This document shows positions 30,441 through 39,434 of a DNA stretch of 45,768 nucleotides, piece by piece. A model generated the notes under the pieces. That model did no database searches. It saw nothing but the letters and a program-made list of their open reading frames with translations, and was not told the DNA's origin. How positions within the stretch are numbered: position 1 is the stretch's first letter; each line of letters begins with the position of its first letter. Made by a program: the position numbers and the translations under genes. This DNA comes from an uncultured Muribaculaceae bacterium (GTDB lineage: Bacteria > Bacillota_I > Bacilli_A > RF39 > UBA660). The stretch lies in the NCBI GenBank assembly GCA_964551965.1, contig CAZKFB010000005.1, positions 1 to 45,768 of the forward strand, written 5' to 3'.

Positions 30441-31113
30441 ATTTGTTATCTAAATAACGATTTAAGAATTTAGTCCATTCAGGAGCATCTTCTTCATCAA
30501 AATATTGATATAGAAAATCAATAATTATTTGGTGTCTTTTATTAGCTTCTTCTATACCAGCATTAGTAAGCATTAAATCTTTATATTTTAGTAATACTTC
30601 AATAATAAAATTAATGGTACTAACAGTCTTCTTTATATGATATTCATAACTATCATTTTCTATTGGAAATGTCTCTCTTACAAAGAATGGGCGATCAATC
30701 TTTAATCCAAATTGGTGAACTCTTATAATTCCAATTGCACCCATAGCATCGCACATATCAGCATCAGAAACGATTTTACCTTCAATAGTATCTGGAACTA
30801 TGCCTTTTAGACGTTTGCTATAGCCAATACATTTTAAAGATTCACACACTTTCTTTTGCGTTTCTGAATCGACATTTACATTATCCATAATTCTTTTTGC
30901 ATTCGTTAAATTCTTTTGACTTTCTTCACCAAATAATTTATAGTCATCTATATCATGTAACAAGGCAATCAATGCAACTATTTCTTTATTAGCTTTCTCT
31001 TTTTCAGCAAATTTTAAAGACAAGCTTAATACCCTATTAATATGATCCATACCATGACCAGAAACATCTTTATCTAATAACTCACTTACTTGTCTTTTTA
31101 CTTCTTCTATCAT
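30439..31113 (-). CDS. HD-domain phosphohydrolase (YedJ-like)
   Basis: SGHGMDHINRV, LLHDIDD, VSDADMCDAMGAIG. Confidence 0.9.
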   Translation of the reverse strand: MIEEVKRQVSELLDKDVSGHGMDHINRVLSLSLKFAEKEKANKEIVALIALLHDIDDYKLFGEESQKNLTNAKRIMDNVNVDSETQKKVCESLKCIGYSKRLKGIVPDTIEGKIVSDADMCDAMGAIGIIRVHQFGLKIDRPFFVRETFPIENDSYEYHIKKTVSTINFIIEVLLKYKDLMLTNAGIEEANKRHQIIIDFLYQYFDEEDAPEWTKFLNRYLDNK

Positions 31114-31192
31114 TGTAGACTACCTCCTATAATTAATATAATTATATCATTTCAATAAAATATAAAACAATAAAAAAGAATAAGCTAAATGC

Positions 31193-31900
31193 TTATTCTA
31201 AAACCCATCTTGCAGTAAATACATAATCTTGATTGATTCTTGTACTGAAATTAAATTGTCTACCATGATAGTACCAACCAATGAACTTATATCCACTTCT
31301 TACTGGAATAGGTTCATTTTTTAATACTCCATTAGCATTAATACTTATATCACTTATTGGTTCTCCACCATTTGTATTAAATGATAATTTATATTTCTTT
31401 ACTGTAGTTCTTTTAGTAGTTTTAATAACTTTCTTTGTTGCTCTAGTTGTTGTAGGTCTTGTTGTTGTAGTTGTAGTATGAGGTTTAATTGTTATATCAC
31501 TCTTTAACTTCTTATATGAGTTAATACTGTTTTCATAATTATCACATACTAGATAAGTTTTAATTTCATATTCAGTATCTAATCTTACAACTTTGATATA
31601 TGAACTATTAAGATCGCAAGTATCATCATCTTTAATCTTTTTACTACTTACTAATTCTTTTAAATAAATTACTTTAGTTTTTCCTGAAGTATCAGGAATA
31701 TTATCAACAGTAAATAATTCATTGGCATAATCATCCATTGACTTCAATAATTCGTTATACTGCTTTTCTTGTGATGTAACTCTTTGCTTATTAATTATAA
31801 TACTAACAAGTTTGATCGAAAGTAGAATAACTAAAACAAGAACTATAACCTTCAAGAAAGTTGTGACCCAATTTACTCTTTTTTTGTTTTCTTCATACAT
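31193..31900 (-). CDS. Membrane-anchored protein with pilin-like head, Thr-rich linker and InlB-B (Flg_new) repeat
   Basis: C-terminal SFNTNGG...P.RSGYKFIGWY...FNFST.I..D..FTARW. Confidence 0.8.
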   Translation of the reverse strand: MYEENKKRVNWVTTFLKVIVLVLVILLSIKLVSIIINKQRVTSQEKQYNELLKSMDDYANELFTVDNIPDTSGKTKVIYLKELVSSKKIKDDDTCDLNSSYIKVVRLDTEYEIKTYLVCDNYENSINSYKKLKSDITIKPHTTTTTTRPTTTRATKKVIKTTKRTTVKKYKLSFNTNGGEPISDISINANGVLKNEPIPVRSGYKFIGWYYHGRQFNFSTRINQDYVFTARWVLE

Positions 31901-31989
31901 AAAAAATCCCCCTGAATCACAAGTTTCAACCCTATCTACATTATACAAGTTTTATTTACTGTTTGCAAATAAAAAAATAAGCAATCAGC

Positions 31990-32484
31990 TTATTTAATAA
32001 TAAAATTAATTTTTAAGGATGAACTCTTATCTAAATTAGTTGAATCTTTCTTTAACCACATACGGAAATTATCTTCTGATTCTGAATAAGATTTTAATTC
32101 TTTTGTTGCTAAAATAAAGTAATAATAGTTTTCATCATATTGCATATTAATATCACTTAAATACATTATATCGGTATTTAGACTAATAACAATATTGTTA
32201 TAGTCGATATTGCTCTCTTTATTAATTGTTAATATTAAATCAAATTGTTTATCGAAGCCATTTCTATTCTTGTAATGTAATTTAGTTGGTGTTACTTTTG
32301 CAAATGATTCAAAGTTATCAATAATCTTTAAGGGAGCAAAATTCCCTTTTGTAAGTTCAATTGGTAATTCTGTATAATGATCAGCAAGTAATACTTTATT
32401 TCCCCTTATTATGTTATATAATGGCATTGAAACAGTTAATATAGATATTATTATAACGATACCAATAAATATCTTTTTGACCAT
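31990..32484 (-). CDS. Single-TM/secreted protein, TasA/camelysin-like C-terminal pattern
   Basis: N-terminal hydrophobic helix, FRMWL motif; own promoter TTGACA(32538-32533)-17-TAGAAT and AAAGAGG RBS. Confidence 0.7.
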   Translation of the reverse strand: MVKKIFIGIVIIISILTVSMPLYNIIRGNKVLLADHYTELPIELTKGNFAPLKIIDNFESFAKVTPTKLHYKNRNGFDKQFDLILTINKESNIDYNNIVISLNTDIMYLSDINMQYDENYYYFILATKELKSYSESEDNFRMWLKKDSTNLDKSSSLKINFIIK

Positions 32485-32538
32485 AAAAAAATCCTCTTTT
32501 CGAGGATTTATTCTATCATTAGACTTAAGGGTTGTCAA

Positions 32539-33288
32539 TTACTCAACTACATATCCATCAACAAATATTTTGAATCTATATTTCTTATTAGTATAGTCAT
32601 TCTTACTATTAGAATCTAACCACATACGCAATCTAACTTCGATATTTTCATTAGCCTTTATCGTACCGGAAAATATTCTAATTTTATTTCCTTCTTCAAT
32701 ACAATTACCAAGATATTTTATTCCATTATCAATATAATCTGATTCAATATGATATAAAAATGTATCTCTAGGTATTATTAGATTTTCATCAATTGAAGAA
32801 TTGTCTTCAACTAAATAGATGTCATAGTGCATATCTTTTTCATTTACCGAGTGATTAAGTAAATTTAATGTTAAAGGTTTTAACTTAGTATAATTAGATA
32901 TATCACTTAATACTAAAGCATTAAAGTCATCTAAATTATCAAACTTAACTATTAGAGAATTAGCCTTATTGACCTTAATTACATTATTCTTTAAATTATT
33001 TGAAATATCTATAAATTTATATGTAGAATAGCCCGATAGTCCTAATGCAATTACAAGAATTATAATCATTAGAAAAATCGTTATATTTGATTTTTTACCT
33101 TCTATTATTAAATTACATAAATCATTTATATGACTTATATATAATTCATTTCTAACTGAATCTTTATTATTGATCTTTTTATATTCCTTATACGTTTTAA
33201 CTAATTCGCGATAGTAAATTGAATCATCATTCTTATATTTATTAATGATGCTTTCTGCTCTTAATAAAGTATTACTCTTTTTCGGCAT
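32539..33288 (-). CDS. Single-TM protein, TasA/camelysin-like C-terminal pattern
   Basis: About 70-aa cytoplasmic N-terminus, TM, ...YDIYL...VRLRMWLD..NDY.NKKYRFKI; overlaps sipW. Confidence 0.7.
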   Translation of the reverse strand: MPKKSNTLLRAESIINKYKNDDSIYYRELVKTYKEYKKINNKDSVRNELYISHINDLCNLIIEGKKSNITIFLMIIILVIALGLSGYSTYKFIDISNNLKNNVIKVNKANSLIVKFDNLDDFNALVLSDISNYTKLKPLTLNLLNHSVNEKDMHYDIYLVEDNSSIDENLIIPRDTFLYHIESDYIDNGIKYLGNCIEEGNKIRIFSGTIKANENIEVRLRMWLDSNSKNDYTNKKYRFKIFVDGYVVE

Positions 33289-33955
33289 TTTCTTTTAATT
33301 CCTTTTCTATTTTCTCAATTTTCTTTTTATTTTTTTCCATTTCACGAACTTTATCAACTTCTTTTAATCTCGGAATACTCTCAATTTGATTCTTAATACG
33401 ATATACTTTTATCAATCTAAATATATCCATTATAACAATACCTACAGCCGGAATAAATATGATTAATAGCCAACCAAATTTACTTGAAACGAATGCTTGA
33501 GCTTTACCTACCTTAGGAACAATATATTGTACTTTTCCAGTAATGTTATCAAATGTAATATAACCTACATCTTGTCTACTATTATTATCTCCCTTAGTAT
33601 AATATCTAGTTTCTCCACTCGCATTATCAATATCTATTATTCTATGAGTTATAGTATATCCTTCAGTATCAATGAAATTAGAACGGAAAGTAATAATATC
33701 TCCTACTTTAAGAGAATCCGGATTAGTAACTTTAGTATCAATTATAATATCGTATACTTCAATAGTAGGAACCATACTTTCAGATACAATTGTATAAATA
33801 CTTATTGGGGGATTTTCTCCCTTATTCTTAGCTATTTGATTAGTAACTATATAGAATATTAAGAATATTGCAATCAAAAATAAAACTACTAAGCAAATAT
33901 ATGATAGTAATTTAATTATTATATCTAGTATTTTCTTTATACCCTTCTTACCCAT
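33272..33955 (-). CDS. sipW: SipW-type (ER/archaeal-like) signal peptidase I
   Basis: VSESMVP (Ser), GDIITF, ITHRI (His), TKGDNN. Confidence 0.9.
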   Translation of the reverse strand: MGKKGIKKILDIIIKLLSYICLVVLFLIAIFLIFYIVTNQIAKNKGENPPISIYTIVSESMVPTIEVYDIIIDTKVTNPDSLKVGDIITFRSNFIDTEGYTITHRIIDIDNASGETRYYTKGDNNSRQDVGYITFDNITGKVQYIVPKVGKAQAFVSSKFGWLLIIFIPAVGIVIMDIFRLIKVYRIKNQIESIPRLKEVDKVREMEKNKKKIEKIEKELKENAEKE

Positions 33956-34037
33956 CTCGATACTCTCCTTATTTTATTATAATTAATTAACAAATATAAT
34001 TCAATAAAGATGTAAATTAAAAAAAGGCTTTTACGCC

Positions 34038-34598
34038 TTATTTTATAGATTGAGCAACATTGACTCCTGCATCAAATGTCTTTCCCGCATTACTTTCTGC
34101 ATTATAAGCATATGCAATAGTTAAAGTATATTCATGGATAGAACCTGTTGTAGTTGGTCCAGCAAATAATCCATTTCCTAAAGATATAGTTGATGTACCT
34201 GTTGGTATTGCAACGGGAACTGATGTAGTTTGAATTGTTGATCCATTATTAGATGTATTAGTACTTGTAATAGTATAGACTAAAGCACCGTCTGTGTATG
34301 TATTATTTCTAACATTTAATACTGCTTCATAATTTAAATTAGTAGAACCAGTTACTACTCCCGTAACTGAAATATTTGTTGTATAAATAACATCGCCTAT
34401 ATTGGCTCCATTGCTTAATACACTTGAAGGACCATTAAATTGTGTTGCTAAAGTTCCACTAGTCACTTCAATTGTCTTGGGTGAAACACTTCCCATAGTT
34501 GCGCTAAAGTAAGCAAAAGTTGCTCCTACTACTGCAACCAATAATGTTGCTACAGCTATAACTGTTAATAGAATCATATTTCCTTTACCACTATTCAT
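34038..34598 (-). CDS. SipW-dependent secreted protein (TasA/CalY-like)
   Basis: Signal LLTVIAVATLLVAVVGATFA|YF matches the SipW-cognate T.AYF pattern; beta-rich mature domain; TTGCAT-17-TAAAAT promoter and terminator about 34019-34039. Confidence 0.8.
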   Translation of the reverse strand: MNSGKGNMILLTVIAVATLLVAVVGATFAYFSATMGSVSPKTIEVTSGTLATQFNGPSSVLSNGANIGDVIYTTNISVTGVVTGSTNLNYEAVLNVRNNTYTDGALVYTITSTNTSNNGSTIQTTSVPVAIPTGTSTISLGNGLFAGPTTTGSIHEYTLTIAYAYNAESNAGKTFDAGVNVAQSIK

Positions 34599-34674
34599 AC
34601 TTCATGTCTCCTTTATTTCTTACCCTACAACTAAATTTTATCAAATATAGAATATTTATGCAATAAAATGCAAT

Positions 34675-34787
34675 AAAAAAGATGCAAAAAATGCATCTTA
34701 GCAAAAAAGGAAACCGAAAGTTTAGTGTGAGTTTGAGTTTATATGTTTTATTTATTGTATAGTTCTTATTTTATTATTTCCTTTTTC
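34675..34787 (-). ncRNA. Candidate ~113-nt sRNA
   Basis: TGtTATATT -10; 5' GAAAAAGGAAA pairs with UUUCCUUUUUU; AAGATGCA/TGCATCTT terminator; no ATG-initiated ORF. Confidence 0.55.
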
Positions 34788-34806
34788 GTTATTAATATAA
34801 CAAGTT

Positions 34807-34826
34807 AATATGAATAAAATGTGAAA
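34807..34826 (-). promoter_or_regulatory. OmpR-family direct-repeat box
   Basis: TTTCACATT-TT-ATTCATATT (11-bp periodicity), 7 nt upstream of the -10 hexamer. Confidence 0.55.
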
Positions 34827-34836
34827 ATAAATAATT

Positions 34837-36210
34837 TTATTTATATTTTTTAATTTTAAAGTAAAATGAAGTATATTTATTCTCTTTAGAATCTATCCCG
34901 TATGGTAATTTATGAGCTTCTAAGATATTTTTAACTATAGATAAACCTAATCCACTTCCAACAACATTCCTCTTGTGTTGTTTTTCTTTTTTATAATACT
35001 TATTCCATACGAGAGCTTTATCACTATCTTTTAAGTGACCTCCCGTATCAGTTACTGATACTTTATAATAAGTATTGGATTTTTTAATAGCTACCTTAAC
35101 TACTAAATCATCTCCAGTATGTTCAATGGCATTATTTATAAGATTATATATTACTTGTTCTATTTTTTGTTTATCTGCTTTAACAATTAGTTTCTTTGGT
35201 AGATCAGTTTCAAATTTATAATTATTATCTTCTATTAAAATATCATATCTCTTAATAATTTCTTTGATATTATCAACTAAATCATATTCTTCAAATTTAA
35301 GAGTATTCATTCCGCTTTCTAACTTAGATAAATCAAGTAAATCATTAACTAAATTATTTAATCGATCAGTTTCTTCAATGATAACGTTTAAATCTTTATT
35401 TCTCTTCTCTTCATCACTGAATGATAGATCGCGAACTTTCTCTGCATATGCTTTAATCATCGTTAAAGGTGTTTTTAAATCATGACTTACATTTGCTATT
35501 AAATCTTTTCTTAATTCATCCGTTTTATTCATTTCGCTAGCAGCCACTGTTAAAGTATTTGCAAGTTCGTCTATCTCTTTAATATTACTTTCTCCAAAAT
35601 GAACAGGTACACCCTTACCTAACTTTTTAGCTTCTTCTGTCAATTTTATAATTGGCTTGTTAATGACACGAGATACAAATATTGATACAAAGAAAGATAT
35701 AATAATAAGTATTAAAACTAAGTATATTAATTGATCTTTTACAAGATACGAACTTGAATTAGCATCTTCCAAGTTTATATTTAAGAAGGCAAATTGATCT
35801 TCACCCATATTTACATAGTAAATTAGAGAATTTATTTTATCTTCATCATCGTATACTTTCATATATCTTCTATTCTGAGTAACTAATGCTTTCTTATAGC
35901 TTGTAATATTAGCATCATTATTATTTAATACACACCCATTAATCTTTGTGTTATATGAAGAATACTCATTACCATTAAAGTATTCAATACACATATCATA
36001 TTTATATGCATATTTCTCTAAACTATAATCTAGTATAGCTGGACTTTGATTCTCAACTTTTGCAGCTACATAGTTTATTGTTTTAATTTGATGTTTTTCA
36101 TAAAATACACCAGTCATTTTAAGTTGGATAACCCATAAACTTAATAATACTAATATAACAAAACTGCTAAGAATAAATAATGTCTTTATTGTTAAACTAC
36201 TTTTTTTCAT
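34837..36210 (-). CDS. Sensor histidine kinase (2 TM, HAMP, HisKA, HATPase)
   Basis: NVSHDLKTPL H-box, NLINNA N-box, DTG, GSGLGLSIV G2 box. Confidence 0.95.
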   Translation of the reverse strand: MKKSSLTIKTLFILSSFVILVLLSLWVIQLKMTGVFYEKHQIKTINYVAAKVENQSPAILDYSLEKYAYKYDMCIEYFNGNEYSSYNTKINGCVLNNNDANITSYKKALVTQNRRYMKVYDDEDKINSLIYYVNMGEDQFAFLNINLEDANSSSYLVKDQLIYLVLILIIISFFVSIFVSRVINKPIIKLTEEAKKLGKGVPVHFGESNIKEIDELANTLTVAASEMNKTDELRKDLIANVSHDLKTPLTMIKAYAEKVRDLSFSDEEKRNKDLNVIIEETDRLNNLVNDLLDLSKLESGMNTLKFEEYDLVDNIKEIIKRYDILIEDNNYKFETDLPKKLIVKADKQKIEQVIYNLINNAIEHTGDDLVVKVAIKKSNTYYKVSVTDTGGHLKDSDKALVWNKYYKKEKQHKRNVVGSGLGLSIVKNILEAHKLPYGIDSKENKYTSFYFKIKKYK

Positions 36211-36856
36211 AGACAAACTTATAACCTACTTTTCTTATAGTTTTAATTGAGTTTCGATATTTACCTAGTTTAGATCTGAGTAATTTAATATGGGCATCAA
36301 TTGTACGATCATCAGCTTCATAGTCATAACCCCAAATACTCTCAATAATAGTATTTCTTGATAGGGCAATATTTACATTAGATAAAAATAACTTTAATAA
36401 ACAAAATTGAGTATGGGTTAATTCTACTACTTCCGAATCAATTGTTACTTCATGCTTTAAATCATCAATAGTTATATCACCAACAGTTATTAAATCTCCA
36501 TTAGTTCTCTTAGTTACTGCTTTAATACGAGCAATTAATTCTTTCGGAGAAAATGGTTTAGTAACATAGTCATCTATTCCTAATTTAAATCCTTGTAATT
36601 TATCAAACTCTTCTCCTCTAGCTGATAGACATATTATGGGAGTATTCGTTAATTGTTTAATTTCTTTAATAGCTGTGAATCCATCCATATTTGGCATCAT
36701 TATATCCATAATAATACAATCATAATTATTAGATTCTACTTTCTTAATGGCATAAGCACCATTTTCAGCTTCATCACATTTGAATCCTTCATTCTGAGCA
36801 TATTCACATACTACATCACGAATTAATTCTTCATCATCTACTACTAAAATATGCAT
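36197..36856 (-). CDS. OmpR/PhoB-family response regulator
   Basis: VVDDE, MDIMMP.MDG, KPF, RTIDAHIKLLR.KL, TIRKVGY. Confidence 0.96.
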   Translation of the reverse strand: MHILVVDDEELIRDVVCEYAQNEGFKCDEAENGAYAIKKVESNNYDCIIMDIMMPNMDGFTAIKEIKQLTNTPIICLSARGEEFDKLQGFKLGIDDYVTKPFSPKELIARIKAVTKRTNGDLITVGDITIDDLKHEVTIDSEVVELTHTQFCLLKLFLSNVNIALSRNTIIESIWGYDYEADDRTIDAHIKLLRSKLGKYRNSIKTIRKVGYKFVYEKK

Positions 36857-36926
36857 GATATCACCACCATCTATATATTATCTTATATTTATGAATTTTA
36901 AAAGAAAAAAGAATAGCTAGCTATTC

Positions 36927-37594
36927 TTATAAATTAACATTATGATAAACATTTGTTACATCTTCGATATCTTCTAATAAAGATAATAATCTTTCAAATA
37001 CTTCAAGATCTTCACCTTCTAATGTAACATTCTCTTTTGCATACCAACCAATTTCATCTATTGTATATTCTATATCTTTAATTTGACTTTCTAGAACATC
37101 TTTTACTTTAGAAGCATCGCTTGGATTTGCGGTAATAACAACTTCTCCATCTTCTGATTCAAAATCGATTATTTCAATTCCTTCATTTAAAATACTCTCA
37201 AAAATCGGATCAGAATCATCACATTTAAAACCAATGACAGCTTCATAATTATAATTATATGATACTGAATTAGTAACACCTAAACTTTTATTAATTTTAT
37301 TAAACATTTTACTATCAATGTAGATTGTCCAGGTCCAAAACCTTCATAAGATAATTCTTGATAATCATCATTGCTAGCTCCTTTAGCTTTATCAATAGCA
37401 CGATTAATAATATCACTAGGAACTTGTTGTCTCTTAGCTTTTTCAACTACTCTCTTTAAATTAATATTTGTATCTATTTCGGGATTACCTTTAGCAGCTA
37501 AATATATTTCTTTAGCAAAAGTTGAATATAACTTAGCTTTGGCTGCTCCTGTTTTCTGAATACTTGCTTTTCTAACTTCATATGCTCTTCCCAT
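36927..37594 (-). pseudogene. yebC: YebC/PmpR family gene split by a frameshifting internal deletion
   Basis: N-part (MGRAYEVRK...YEGFGPG..LIVKCL) and C-part (FNKINKSLG...SVSY...LEDIEDVTNVYHN) in different frames; conserved TDN..RT segment missing. Confidence 0.8.
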
Positions 37595-37617
37595 TAAATA
37601 TTCTCCTCTCTTAATAA

Positions 37618-39351
37618 TTACATTTTTTCTACTTCTTCAATACCTAATGTGTCTAAAAGATTATGTAAGATATTATAAACTAATCTTGATACGCCAATGT
37701 AACTTGCTTTAATATCTTCATTAGTCTCATTCATAATATTGTAATTAGTATAGAACTTATTATATAAACTACATAGTTCATATAAGAATTCACATATGTA
37801 ACTTAAATTAACTTCGCGATAACAACTAGTTAATGTTCTTGGTAATTCAGTAATCTTAACTAAAATATTTAATATATCTTCATTTGGAATTAATTTAATT
37901 TCACTACTATTATCACCTATTTTATTAATTAATGATTTAATTCTTGTCATTGTATAAACTATATAGATTCCCGTTTTCCCTTCAAATGAAGTAAATTTAT
38001 CAACATCAAATATATAGTCAGTTTCACGATTAGGCAAAAGATCTGAATACTTTAATGTTGCAACAGTTAATTTATTAGCAACATCTATTCTCTCTTCACC
38101 TACAATATCTTCTTTAATCTTTGGTTCAATTGTATCATAAACTAATTTTATTAATCCTTTTAGACTCATAACGCCACCATCACGAGTTTTAAAAGGTTTC
38201 CCATCAGGTCCATTAATTGTACCAAATCCATTAAATCTAAAATCAAAATCTTCAGGTACTAAACCAGACTTCTTACATGCTCTGAAAGTTTGTTCAAAGT
38301 GAAGTCTTTGTCTTTCATCAACGAAGTACCAAATACCATCAGGTTTAAAATCTTGTAATCTTTGGATAACAGTTGCTATATCTGTTGTATCATATCCAAC
38401 AGAACCATTACTCTTAACTAATATTAATGGAGGCATCTCTTTTTTATCATCATCATTTTTAACATGCATGATTAATGCTCCATCACTCATTTTTGTTACA
38501 CCTTTAGATTTTAAGAATTCTAAAGCATCATTGACATATAGATCAGCATCTGATTCTCCATAACTATAATCAAATTTACAATTTAAATAATCATATACTT
38601 TATTACAATCCTCTTTACTAACATTAACTATATGTTTCCATAAAGCTTTAATACCAGGATCTCCCTTTTGGAACTTCTCAGTAAATACTCTTGCTTCTTC
38701 AGCATACTTTTCATCTTCTTTTGAACGTTTACTAGCACGAGGATAATAAATTCCTAAATCTTCACTTGTAACTGGTGATTCTACAGGATAAGGTCCAGTA
38801 TAATTTTCATCAAAATAAGGTAACTCCGGATTATTCTCTTGAATCTCACGAATAACTAGACCAATTGGTGTTCCCCAGTCTCCCCAGTGAACATCACCTA
38901 TAGATTCATCTCCAAATACTTTAATCAATCTTCTTACTGCTTCACCAATATTACATCTCAAATGACCAACATGTAATTCCTTAGCAATATTTGCTCCACC
39001 ATAATCAAGCACGATTGTCTTATGTTTATCACTCTTATCAACGAAAACATTAAAATCATTAATACCTTCATTGGAATATTTTATTAATACTTCCTCTTTA
39101 AAAGTTAAATTAATAAAACCTGGTCCTTGAATATTAATATTCTCAAAATAATTATCTATTTTTGATACGATTTCTTCAGCTATTTCGCGTGGATTTTTTC
39201 CATACTTCTTAGCTAATGGCATTGCACCATTAAATTGATATTGACCAAATTCTTTCTTATTAGAAACTTCTAATTTAACAGCAATACCTTCATAATTTAA
39301 TTCTTTTAAAATTTCGCTTAAATATAATTCTGCTTCCCTAATTAAACTCAT
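37618..39351 (-). CDS. argS: Arginine--tRNA ligase
   Basis: GPGFIN, NIAKELHVGHLR (HIGH), GDWG, KPFKTRDG, DALR-like C-terminus. Confidence 0.96.
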   Translation of the reverse strand: MSLIREAELYLSEILKELNYEGIAVKLEVSNKKEFGQYQFNGAMPLAKKYGKNPREIAEEIVSKIDNYFENINIQGPGFINLTFKEEVLIKYSNEGINDFNVFVDKSDKHKTIVLDYGGANIAKELHVGHLRCNIGEAVRRLIKVFGDESIGDVHWGDWGTPIGLVIREIQENNPELPYFDENYTGPYPVESPVTSEDLGIYYPRASKRSKEDEKYAEEARVFTEKFQKGDPGIKALWKHIVNVSKEDCNKVYDYLNCKFDYSYGESDADLYVNDALEFLKSKGVTKMSDGALIMHVKNDDDKKEMPPLILVKSNGSVGYDTTDIATVIQRLQDFKPDGIWYFVDERQRLHFEQTFRACKKSGLVPEDFDFRFNGFGTINGPDGKPFKTRDGGVMSLKGLIKLVYDTIEPKIKEDIVGEERIDVANKLTVATLKYSDLLPNRETDYIFDVDKFTSFEGKTGIYIVYTMTRIKSLINKIGDNSSEIKLIPNEDILNILVKITELPRTLTSCYREVNLSYICEFLYELCSLYNKFYTNYNIMNETNEDIKASYIGVSRLVYNILHNLLDTLGIEEVEKM

Positions 39352-39368
39352 ATTAAACACCTGCACAT

Positions 39369-39396
39369 ATTCTAACACTTAATTCTCTATTGTCAA
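39369..39396 (-). promoter_or_regulatory. Sigma-A promoter of argS
   Basis: TTGACA-16-TAGAAT with TG extension. Confidence 0.65.
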
Positions 39397-39434
39397 ATAG
39401 TTTTTATACTAAAAAAAGTGCTTTAACACTTTTT

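Noticed and set aside
34700-34745. c-di-GMP riboswitch upstream of the TasA-like gene (GGAAACCGAAAG)
   Set aside because: Motif is on the wrong strand for that gene and lacks the GEMM P2/P3 architecture
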